The notes beneath the pieces are model-generated. The model was not told where the DNA came from. It made no database searches and saw only the letters and a list, made by a program, of their open reading frames with translations. This document shows, piece by piece, positions 9,346 through 17,934 of a DNA stretch of 64,000 nucleotides. The stretch comes from an uncultured Pelagibacteraceae bacterium. GTDB lineage: Bacteria; Pseudomonadota; Alphaproteobacteria; Pelagibacterales; Pelagibacteraceae. Location: the NCBI GenBank assembly GCA_902535155.1, contig CACASB010000001.1, positions 67,358-131,357 of the forward strand. The letters are read 5' to 3'. Made by a program: the position numbers and the translations under genes. Position 1 is the stretch's first letter. Each line of letters starts with the position of its first letter.

Positions 9346-11007
9346 ATCAATAAGTATTTGATTAAATTCCTCACCAGCTTTTGTAGTATTGAATAGCTTT
9401 TCAATAGCTTTCTTTTGATAATATTTTTTTATTTCTAATAAATTTTTTTTATTTGCAGTGTCGATTGCTAATTCAACATACTCGTTTTTATTTTTAACTA
9501 TTGGGGGATTGTCGATTTCCATCTGCAAATAAGCAGCACTTACGATCCTAGATTTTATAAATTTGGTTGGCATTGTAATTGTTGGTGTTCCGTATACCAT
9601 TGACTCGTGAAATGAGTTACCTGCACCAAAATATAATGGATCTAATAACACAGACGATGTTCCCAAGTGGTTTATGTAATTGTCTCTAGTAAGTGGATCA
9701 AGAAAAATAACCCTATCTAAATCAAAAAATTTAATTTTCTTAAAACGATCAATTAACTTATTGAAATAAACTTTATTGTTATCTTTAATTAAATACAAAA
9801 CTCCTTTTTTATCTTTCTTGAGTATTTCAGCTAAAATATGATCAAAATCGGGATGAAACTTAAACATTGTTTGCGGACATGAATAAATATTATTTTTAAC
9901 TAATTCGTTATCTTTTAATTTTTGTTTTATTTTTGGCATTTCATAAATCATTGGCAGGTGTTCCATTAATAATAGTTTTTCCGAATAGCTTTTTGAGGTT
10001 TCGTTTGTAACTAAACTTTTAGAACATAGAAAAAAATCTATACTTTCACTACCTGTTGTTTCAGGATGACCCCATGACATTATTTGATGTTTGGCAAGTC
10101 TGATTAGGGATAGATAGTACATCTCAATTGACATACCGATATCTGGATAAAATAAAATATTAAATTTTTCATTTTTAAAAAAATCGATTTTTTCGCTCAA
10201 TTTTTCTGGAAGTCGAATGTTCTTTAAAAGACCATTTTTTTCTTTTTCAATAAATTCATTAAAAAGATCACTGTTTTTTGTTTTTTTTGAGTGAAGTACA
10301 AATATATTAAATTTTGACTGGTCAAGACTAAAAATAATATTCTTAAATAATCTGCCAATTGTATGGTTAGTAAAAAATTCCGATACAAAGCCTATTTTTA
10401 TTTTTTCATTTTCTTTTTTTTCAGAAATACAATTTTCACTCAATTCTCTATAAATTTTTCTTAAAGCTTTTACACTTTTGATATTTAATTCGAGATTATC
10501 ATGTTGATTATAGGAAGATTCGTAGTGAGGAGTTTGTATTATTTGATCATTATCATAATTAAGTTGCTCGCTATTTTCTAAAATTTGATCATAACATTTG
10601 CCTATTTTTTCTCTAAACCTATTAATTTCTTGATTATCCTTTACAATTACAGGAAATAATAATTCTTTTTGGTATTTCCATTTTGTGTCCATCAATTTTT
10701 TTTTTAATCCTTCGTCAATTAAATCTATCATCTCATCAATTTTATCTTGGCTTTTCAAAATAGTTGCATAAAACTGATAAACATATGGTTCATTTTCATT
10801 TATTTTTATGACTTTTTTGATTGTATTTTCAGCATTATGAAAATCTCCAGAAAAAGCATACGCATGCAATAAATTTCTTAAAACTGATAAATTTTCCGGA
10901 TATTGAGCCAGGATCTTATTAAACAACTCAATTGATTTAATGTAATTCTTATTTTGTAAATGATTATAAGCAATTTTAAATAATTCTTCTGTAGAAATTT
11001 TATTCAC
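9337..11007 (-). CDS. TPR-containing GT41-like glycosyltransferase (second, divergent subfamily)
   Basis: Short N-terminal TPR region, then IGFVSEFFTNHTIG, YPDIGM, WGHPETTG, CPQTMFKFHP, LLDPLYFGAGNS. Confidence 0.8.
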   Translation of the reverse strand: MNKISTEELFKIAYNHLQNKNYIKSIELFNKILAQYPENLSVLRNLLHAYAFSGDFHNAENTIKKVIKINENEPYVYQFYATILKSQDKIDEMIDLIDEGLKKKLMDTKWKYQKELLFPVIVKDNQEINRFREKIGKCYDQILENSEQLNYDNDQIIQTPHYESSYNQHDNLELNIKSVKALRKIYRELSENCISEKKENEKIKIGFVSEFFTNHTIGRLFKNIIFSLDQSKFNIFVLHSKKTKNSDLFNEFIEKEKNGLLKNIRLPEKLSEKIDFFKNEKFNILFYPDIGMSIEMYYLSLIRLAKHQIMSWGHPETTGSESIDFFLCSKSLVTNETSKSYSEKLLLMEHLPMIYEMPKIKQKLKDNELVKNNIYSCPQTMFKFHPDFDHILAEILKKDKKGVLYLIKDNNKVYFNKLIDRFKKIKFFDLDRVIFLDPLTRDNYINHLGTSSVLLDPLYFGAGNSFHESMVYGTPTITMPTKFIKSRIVSAAYLQMEIDNPPIVKNKNEYVELAIDTANKKNLLEIKKYYQKKAIEKLFNTTKAGEEFNQILIDLD

Positions 11008-11061
11008 AACTTAGTTTAATATTGAATAACATTACACTAATACAAAAAAATTAAAAATATA

Positions 11062-11778
11062 TTATGATAATTTTGATCTTCCACCATCAACACCAATTAT
11101 CTGACCAGTTATCCATGAACTATCCTCAGATAATAAAAATTGTGCCATTGCGGCGGCATCCCTACCTTCGCCGACTCTTTTCATTGGGTGAGCTTTAGCT
11201 ACACCCTCCGCAATTAATTTATTTTTTAATATTGGGTCAGCTATTTTTGATTTAGTTAAACTTGGTGCAATACAATTAACCCTAATGTTTGGCGCAAACT
11301 CAGCAGCTAAAGACACTGTTAGTCCTTCAATAGCGCCTTTAACAGATGCTATAATACTATGATTAGTAAATCCTCTCTGAACTGCGACTGTAGAAAACAT
11401 GACTATGGAACCTTTATTTTTCTTTAAGTTATCTTGAAAGTTTTTAATAGTTTCAACTATTGGAAAAAAATTTAAATTTAAGCATTTAATAAAATCATCT
11501 TTTTTAATAGCTCGAACAGGTTTAAGGTCAATAGACCCAACACAATATGCAATTCCAGCAATTTCCTGATTTTCAAATTCATTTTTTAAATTTTTAATAG
11601 ATAGCTCATCCAAAACATCGACAACACTGTATTTACAACCAAGCTCGGACGATAATAAATTTAGACCATTTTCATCTCGACCTATGAGTTGAACATCTTG
11701 ATTTTTGCCAACCATTAATTTGGCTAAGTTTGAACCGATAGAACCTGTCGCACCAAAAATTAAATATTTTCCTGACAT
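11062..11778 (-). CDS. SDR family oxidoreductase (atypical active site)
   Basis: GATGSIG Rossmann motif, RVNCIAP, WITGQIIGVDGG; YxxxK appears as IASVK. Confidence 0.88.
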   Translation of the reverse strand: MSGKYLIFGATGSIGSNLAKLMVGKNQDVQLIGRDENGLNLLSSELGCKYSVVDVLDELSIKNLKNEFENQEIAGIAYCVGSIDLKPVRAIKKDDFIKCLNLNFFPIVETIKNFQDNLKKNKGSIVMFSTVAVQRGFTNHSIIASVKGAIEGLTVSLAAEFAPNIRVNCIAPSLTKSKIADPILKNKLIAEGVAKAHPMKRVGEGRDAAAMAQFLLSEDSSWITGQIIGVDGGRSKLS

Positions 11779-11806
11779 ATCGTATATTAATATTTATAAA
11801 TAAATT

Positions 11807-13294
11807 ATGAAATTATTTATTATACTCGGAAATCAATTATTTCCATTAAAATATCTTAACCGCTTCAAAAAAGACCACCTTTTTTTCATGGCAGAGGATA
11901 ATGGTTTATGCACTTATGAAAAACATCATAAACTTAAAATCCTATTATTTTTGTCATCAATGAGATCATTTTTCGAAAATTTAAAAAAAAATAATTTCAA
12001 AATTTCATATTCTAAAATTGAGAATATATCTTTTAAAGAAGATTATTTTTTAAAAGTAAAAAAAATTTTAAAAAAAAATAAAATTAGTGAAATTACTTGT
12101 TTTGAAATTGAAGATAAACCATTTGAAAAAAAGATTATAGATTTTGCAAAGAAAAATAAAATAAAGCTTACCGTAATTACTTCTCCAATGTTTCTTAATA
12201 CAAGAGATGATTTTAAAAAATATTTATCTAAGTCAAAAAAACCATTCATGGCAGTTTTTTATAAAGAAACTAGAAGAAAGATGAATATCCTTATGAACGG
12301 TGAAGATCCTGTTGGTGGCAAATGGAGCTTTGATGAAGATAATAGAAAAAAATTACCTAAGGGAACTAAAATTCCCACATTTCCAAAAATCAATCAAACA
12401 GCTCACACAAAAAAACTAAAGAGTATTATAGAAAAGAAATTTGCAACTCATCCGGGTTCAACAGAAAATTTTTGGTTTGCAACAGAATATAAAGATGTTC
12501 TAAAATTATTAGAATTTTTTATAAAGGAAAAATCAAATTTATTTGGTGATTATGAGGACGCCGTTGATCAAGGCAACAATATATTATTTCATAGCGCTCT
12601 TAGCCCCTATATAAATTTAGGTTTAATAACTCCAGAAATAATTTTAGAAAAAATTTTAGAAAGCCATAAAAGGAAAAAGATTAGAATAAATTCTTTGGAG
12701 GGATATATAAGACAAGTAATAGGTTGGCGAGAATTCATGAGAGGAATATATCAAAATTTTGATAACAAATTAGAGAATAGTAATTTCTTTAGACATAATC
12801 GTAAGATGAAACCTAGTTGGTACCAAGGAAATACAGGTTTACCTCCTTTAGACCATGCTATCAAAAATGCGAATGATTATGGTTGGTCACACCATATAGA
12901 GAGATTAATGATTTTATCAAACCTTATGAATCTTTGTGAGATTAAACCGATATACGTTTATAAATGGTTTATGGAAATGTTTGTTGACTCATCAGACTGG
13001 GTTATGTCTCCCAATGTTTATGGTATGGGATTATTTAGTGACGGGGGAATATTTGCGACCAAACCATATATTTGTGGATCAAGTTATTTTATGAAAATGA
13101 TGGATTTTAAAAAAGGGGATTGGTGTAATGCTATGGATGGATTGTATTGGAGATTTATTAACAGAAATAGAGCATTCTTTTTAAAAAACCCACGATTATC
13201 CATGATGGTTAGAATTTTTGATAAAATGAAAACCGAGAGAAAAAAATTGATTTTATCAGAGGCGGAAAAATTTATTAAATCTAATACTTTTTAG
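11807..13294 (+). CDS. Cryptochrome/photolyase of the bacterial (6-4) photolyase (PhrB/CryB-like) group, apparently without Fe-S cluster
   Basis: ILGNQLF, GGKWSFDEDNR, FGDYEDA, EGYIRQVIGWREF, HHIERLM, TKPY; cluster Cys residues not visible. Confidence 0.9.
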   Translation: MKLFIILGNQLFPLKYLNRFKKDHLFFMAEDNGLCTYEKHHKLKILLFLSSMRSFFENLKKNNFKISYSKIENISFKEDYFLKVKKILKKNKISEITCFEIEDKPFEKKIIDFAKKNKIKLTVITSPMFLNTRDDFKKYLSKSKKPFMAVFYKETRRKMNILMNGEDPVGGKWSFDEDNRKKLPKGTKIPTFPKINQTAHTKKLKSIIEKKFATHPGSTENFWFATEYKDVLKLLEFFIKEKSNLFGDYEDAVDQGNNILFHSALSPYINLGLITPEIILEKILESHKRKKIRINSLEGYIRQVIGWREFMRGIYQNFDNKLENSNFFRHNRKMKPSWYQGNTGLPPLDHAIKNANDYGWSHHIERLMILSNLMNLCEIKPIYVYKWFMEMFVDSSDWVMSPNVYGMGLFSDGGIFATKPYICGSSYFMKMMDFKKGDWCNAMDGLYWRFINRNRAFFLKNPRLSMMVRIFDKMKTERKKLILSEAEKFIKSNTF

Positions 13295-14001
13295 GCTAAA
13301 AATTTATTTTTTATAAGATAAAGTTTTATCAAGCCAAATAAGGATTGAATAATTAATTTAAAGTTAACCGAACTCTCACCTCTTTTACGATTTACAAATA
13401 TTGAAGGTGTATCAGATATTTTTAAATTATTCATTTTCAATTGAAGTAAAATTTCAGATAGAACTATAAAACCATCTCCAATATTACCACATTTAGAAAC
13501 AACAATATTTAATGCTTTTTTAGAGTAAATTCTATAACCATTTGTATAATCAGTAACTCCGACATTTAGTAAAATTCTGGCAAGGAAATTAGCAAGTAAA
13601 GAAAATATTCTTCTTTGTATTGACCAATTGTATATTTTGCTGTTTTTGAGATATCTACTTGAAACTAACAAATCCAATTTATTTATCTTAAAGGTATTTA
13701 AATTTTTTTTAAGCTCCTCTGGTTTATGAGAAAAATCAGCGTCCATCTCTACAAAAACTTTAATTTTGCTATTTTTTAATGCTTTTTTAAATCCATCAAT
13801 AACAGCAGATCCTCGACCTTTTTTATTTCTTCTAAAAATATAATTTATCTTTTTCTTTTTAATAAAATATTTTTTTAAATTATAATTTTTGGTATCGTCA
13901 ACAATAAAAATTGTTGAATTTGGATATAATTTTAATAATTTCTTACTAAGTTTAAAAATATTTTCTTTTTCATTATATGTTGGGATAACTATACCGATCA
14001 T
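13291..14001 (-). CDS. GT2 polyprenol-phosphate glycosyltransferase (Dol-P-Man synthase-like)
   Basis: IVIPTYNE, VDD, EMDADFSH, SRY, DYTNGYR. Confidence 0.88.
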   Translation of the reverse strand: MIGIVIPTYNEKENIFKLSKKLLKLYPNSTIFIVDDTKNYNLKKYFIKKKKINYIFRRNKKGRGSAVIDGFKKALKNSKIKVFVEMDADFSHKPEELKKNLNTFKINKLDLLVSSRYLKNSKIYNWSIQRRIFSLLANFLARILLNVGVTDYTNGYRIYSKKALNIVVSKCGNIGDGFIVLSEILLQLKMNNLKISDTPSIFVNRKRGESSVNFKLIIQSLFGLIKLYLIKNKFLA

Positions 14002-14061
14002 ATTATCTGTGCTAATCTTAAAATATAAGTTATATATATATAAATTTTCGATTAAATTTAA

Positions 14062-15255
14062 ATGAAAAAAAGTCTTGATGTTTACTTATTCTATTATTTT
14101 TTTATTCTACTAATTTTTTCATATATTTTTTTATTTACTAAACATGAGGTTGGAAATGACTCTACAATTTCCGAATGGTTTATTAATTATGAGGGTGGTT
14201 TTACAAAAAGAGGCATTGTAGGCCAAATAGCTATCGAGTTATCAAGATATTTTCAAACTAGTTTGAGATGGACAATTTTCATATTACAAACACTAACTTT
14301 AACATTATACTTCTTTTTACTATTCAATTTTCTTAAGAATCTTAAGTTTGAAAGAATAATTATTTTATCCATCTTCACACCAATTTTTATTTTATACCCG
14401 GTTGCAGAAATTGAAGTTCTAGCTCGAAAAGAGATAATAGTATTTTCATTATTTTTGATCTATTTATTAATTCCAAGAAGCAGTAGTTTTAAATTATTTT
14501 CTTTAGTTTTTTTTTTAACATTAAGCATGTTAATTTGGGAACCTGTAATATTTTTTTTTCCTTTAATATTAGTTTTTGAAATTATAGAAAATAATATACA
14601 AAAATTTGATCTTAATTTAATAAAAATTATTTCTAGCTTCATACCAAGTTTAATAATTGCATTAATTATCATTTTTAATCCACTAAATGGCAGAGAACAT
14701 GAAGTTATGGCGTTAGTTTTAAAAAATGAATTCAGCCAAGATTGTTATATGTCTTGTGATAGAATATTATCGGTAAAAATTAGTGATAATATTCAACAAG
14801 TAACTGATAGATATTCATTTGAAGTATTTTTAAGATATTCTTTAATAATTATTATAGGTTTTTTTCCCTTAGGTGTTTTGTTTAAAAATTCTTATCTAAA
14901 AAATAATAAACTATTTATTTTTAAATATTTTGGTAAACCAATTAATACATTTTTTATTGCTCTTTTGCCTATTACTGTACTGTTTGCCATGGCTTTTGAT
15001 TGGGGAAGGTGGGTGAATATTTCATATGTTTTTCTAGCATTAATATATTTTCAACTGATATTAAATAATTTTTTAATCTTGGATATAAAAAAATTAAGAC
15101 AAAATTTTTTATATAAAATTAAAGGAGTAACATTCGTTACTTTTTTCATAATTTTTTGTTTCGGTTGGAACCCTAAAACAGCTGTTTCAGGAGACGTTGC
15201 TTCTTTTCCAGGTTATAGAATTCCTTATAATATTTTTAAAATATTATCAAACTAA
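14062..15255 (+). CDS. Polytopic membrane protein, possible GT-C-type glycosyltransferase
   Basis: About 10 hydrophobic segments; loop motif INYEGGFTKRG and DWGRW; divergent from the GT2 gene. Function is inference. Confidence 0.55.
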   Translation: MKKSLDVYLFYYFFILLIFSYIFLFTKHEVGNDSTISEWFINYEGGFTKRGIVGQIAIELSRYFQTSLRWTIFILQTLTLTLYFFLLFNFLKNLKFERIIILSIFTPIFILYPVAEIEVLARKEIIVFSLFLIYLLIPRSSSFKLFSLVFFLTLSMLIWEPVIFFFPLILVFEIIENNIQKFDLNLIKIISSFIPSLIIALIIIFNPLNGREHEVMALVLKNEFSQDCYMSCDRILSVKISDNIQQVTDRYSFEVFLRYSLIIIIGFFPLGVLFKNSYLKNNKLFIFKYFGKPINTFFIALLPITVLFAMAFDWGRWVNISYVFLALIYFQLILNNFLILDIKKLRQNFLYKIKGVTFVTFFIIFCFGWNPKTAVSGDVASFPGYRIPYNIFKILSN

Positions 15256-15282
15256 AGTGGTATATCTATAAAGTTTAAAATG

Positions 15283-15299
15283 TCATATTGAAAATATGA
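15283..15299. promoter_or_regulatory. Inverted repeat TCATATT-gaa-AATATGA upstream of the DCC1 operon (candidate operator)
   Basis: Perfect 7-bp arms; a TATAAT lies at 15322-15327. Confidence 0.3.
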
Positions 15300-15334
15300 A
15301 AAATTATTCGTAAAAATGAGTTATAATAAAATCT

Positions 15335-15706
15335 ATGACAATTAAAGTTTTTTTTAATAATTCTTGTAATGTGTGCAGGTTAGAAATTAATCACTACAAA
15401 AAAATTTCAGATAATAATTTAGAATGGGTTGATATTACTAATAATCAACAAGCAGTAAATCTAACATCAAAATCAAAAGAGGAACTTCTAAGAAGGTTGC
15501 ACGTAATTGATAATGGAGAGGTTATAGGAGGTGCTAAAGCATTTATAATTATTTGGTCTAAAATACCTAAATATAACTTTTTAGCAAAAATTTTAAGTTT
15601 TAAACCTCTATTTTTTTTATTTCATTACGCTTATGAATTTGTGGCTTATTTTTTATTTTTAAAAAACAAACACCAGCTTAATGAAAAAACAAAACCTACC
15701 AACTAA
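15335..15706 (+). CDS. DCC1-like thiol-disulfide oxidoreductase (DUF393)
   Basis: FFNNSCNVC (CxxC), LHVID...GAKAF..IW typical of DUF393. Confidence 0.85.
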   Translation: MTIKVFFNNSCNVCRLEINHYKKISDNNLEWVDITNNQQAVNLTSKSKEELLRRLHVIDNGEVIGGAKAFIIIWSKIPKYNFLAKILSFKPLFFLFHYAYEFVAYFLFLKNKHQLNEKTKPTN

Positions 15707-15809
15707 GTTGTGCCTAGTTTGCGAAAGACCATTCAAATGGAGAAAAAAGTGGAGGCTAAACTGGGAAAAAGTTAAATACTGCTCTAAAAAATGTTCATCA
15801 AAAAGATAA
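15681..15809 (+). CDS. DUF2256 family small Cys4 protein (42 aa), absent from the ORF track
   Basis: Hand translation MKKQNLPTKLCLVCERPFKWRKKWRLNWEKVKYCSKKCSSKR fits the LP.K.C..C.RPF.WRKKW...W..V.YCS..C pattern. Confidence 0.9.
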   Translation: MKKQNLPTKLCLVCERPFKWRKKWRLNWEKVKYCSKKCSSKR

Positions 15810-17236
15810 ATTATTTATATAAAATTTTAATTATTTTTTTTTTAATATCATCAATTAATTGTTCTCGTGCAGAATTTTTCAAAGATATTTCAAATATTAT
15901 TGAGGTTAATGAAAGTAGATTAAGTTACGGGGTTTCGGTTACTGATATCAATACAGATGGAAATAATGAATTTATAGTCACAGGTTTTGGTTATCCTAAC
16001 TTGGCTTTGGGTTACGATGATGGCAAATTAAAAAACATAATACAAGAGGATATCTTTTTAGATCAATCGAGAAAAACTATTGGTGTTGCAGCTTGTGATA
16101 TAGATAAAGACGGTTTTGAAGAAGTTTATTTTTTAAATACAGATACCTATAGTGGAACAAAAAAATACTCTGATAGATTAATTGATAAAAATAATACTAA
16201 GTATTTTGACTTATTTGAGTTAGAAAAAAACAGAGAAAATTTAAACTTAACAGCTGGTAGATCTGTAGTTTGCGTCGATAGAAAAGGTGATGGTGAATAT
16301 GGTATTTATGTAGCTAATTATGGTGGACCAACAAGATTTTATGAAATTGAAAATAACAAAATATTAGACAAAGCAGAAAACTTAAATTTGGATAAAGTTA
16401 CTGGTGGAAGAGCAGTAGTATCAGGGCATATATTAACAGATAGAGCTGATATATTTGCATCAAACGAAAGAGGTGCCAACTTTCTATTAAAAAATAACAA
16501 CGGTAAATTTGATGATGTTGCATTTGAGTATAGAGTTGATGATGTGATACAGAATGGAAGGGGGACAGCATTATCAGATATTTATTATAGGGGAAGATTA
16601 GATATTTTGAGTGGTAATTGGCTTGGTTATCATAGGGCATATGTTTTAGAAAAAAATGAATTTAGGGATATAGGAAATAAAGCTTTTGATAAACCATCTA
16701 GAATTCGGACAATTATCTCTGCTGATTTTGACAATGATGGTTATGATGAAGTTTTTATGAACAATATCGCAGAACCAAACAAATTATTTAAAATAAATGA
16801 AAATGGAAAATTTAAGGAAATAAAATTAAAAACGGCCCTTGAGACCGAAGGATTTGGTACTGGAGCAGCTGTAGCTGATATAGATAATGATGGAATTTTA
16901 GAATTATTAGTTTCTCACGGAGAAAGTAAAGCTCAACCGTTGACTTTGTACAAAGCAAAAGTAGAAAAAAAAAGTAAATATTTGAGAATCAAACCTATTA
17001 ATAAATTTGGAGCTCCTGCTAGGGGAGCGACGGTAACATTATTGTCTGACCAAAGAAAGCATTCGAAAACAATAGATGCTGGGTCTGGCTATTTGTGCCA
17101 AATGGAGCCTGTGGCACATTATGGAATTAGAAAAAAAGAGAAAGATTTTAGGGTAGAGGTTAAATGGACTAATGGAAAAAAAGTCTTTATAGATAAAATT
17201 AAACTCAATCAAACTATTATAATAAAACAAAAATGA
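15791..17236 (+). CDS. Secreted CRTAC1-like protein (FG-GAP/VCBS-type repeats plus ASPIC/UnbV domain)
   Basis: N-terminal signal-like segment; DxDxDG repeats (DINTDG, DIDKDG, DFDNDG, DIDNDG); C-terminal IDAGSGYLCQMEPVAHYG. Confidence 0.85.
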   Translation: MFIKKINYLYKILIIFFLISSINCSRAEFFKDISNIIEVNESRLSYGVSVTDINTDGNNEFIVTGFGYPNLALGYDDGKLKNIIQEDIFLDQSRKTIGVAACDIDKDGFEEVYFLNTDTYSGTKKYSDRLIDKNNTKYFDLFELEKNRENLNLTAGRSVVCVDRKGDGEYGIYVANYGGPTRFYEIENNKILDKAENLNLDKVTGGRAVVSGHILTDRADIFASNERGANFLLKNNNGKFDDVAFEYRVDDVIQNGRGTALSDIYYRGRLDILSGNWLGYHRAYVLEKNEFRDIGNKAFDKPSRIRTIISADFDNDGYDEVFMNNIAEPNKLFKINENGKFKEIKLKTALETEGFGTGAAVADIDNDGILELLVSHGESKAQPLTLYKAKVEKKSKYLRIKPINKFGAPARGATVTLLSDQRKHSKTIDAGSGYLCQMEPVAHYGIRKKEKDFRVEVKWTNGKKVFIDKIKLNQTIIIKQK

Positions 17237-17922
17237 AAAATACCTTTTTCAAATTCTTTTTAGTTCTTGCAGTTTTTTTTCAATTCGAATTAGTTGCAGA
17301 AGAAAAAAATTATCATAAAGAATTAATAACTGATTGGTCTAGAATATTTCCTGACAAAAATAGAAATGCAGCTGGACCTAAATTTTTTAAATATGTCATA
17401 GATAAAAAGATTAATTATAAGGATTTCATTGAATTTAATAAGTTATATTGCGGTGTTTCTGGATCATTAATTGATCCAGGTAGCGATTCAGAGTTTTTGT
17501 TTGTTAAAGAAAGTGAAACTAACAATAAAATTTGTGGTAACTATTATAGATGCTGTGTGCCATGCTCTTGCGATATTATGAAGTATTCAGAAGTTCAAAA
17601 AATGAAGTATAATTTTACTGATGGTTTAAAAGAATTCTACGTTATAACAATAAAAAATCCTTGTAACAAAAGTGATTTTCCAAACAGAGTAAATAAAGAT
17701 TATTTTTGTGATGGCAAAAAAATCAATAGTGATCAGGTTTATAATCTGAATAATAGGATAGTAATAGGCTTACTACATAATGGAAGAAGTTGTAAAACTG
17801 ATGATATTGATTTAGTCAAAAATCATCAAATTACTGGTCGATACTGCGATCTAAGAAATAATACACCCCTAGAGGAACTAGATGCAGGCATGGGTGACAT
17901 CTTCATAAAACTTGCAAGATAA
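17233..17922 (+). CDS. Secreted cysteine-rich hypothetical protein
   Basis: Signal peptide-like N-terminus; 10 Cys including CGNYYRCCVPCSCD; 4-nt overlap with upstream gene. Confidence 0.75.
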   Translation: MKNTFFKFFLVLAVFFQFELVAEEKNYHKELITDWSRIFPDKNRNAAGPKFFKYVIDKKINYKDFIEFNKLYCGVSGSLIDPGSDSEFLFVKESETNNKICGNYYRCCVPCSCDIMKYSEVQKMKYNFTDGLKEFYVITIKNPCNKSDFPNRVNKDYFCDGKKINSDQVYNLNNRIVIGLLHNGRSCKTDDIDLVKNHQITGRYCDLRNNTPLEELDAGMGDIFIKLAR

Positions 17923-17934
17923 AAACTCAAAAAA

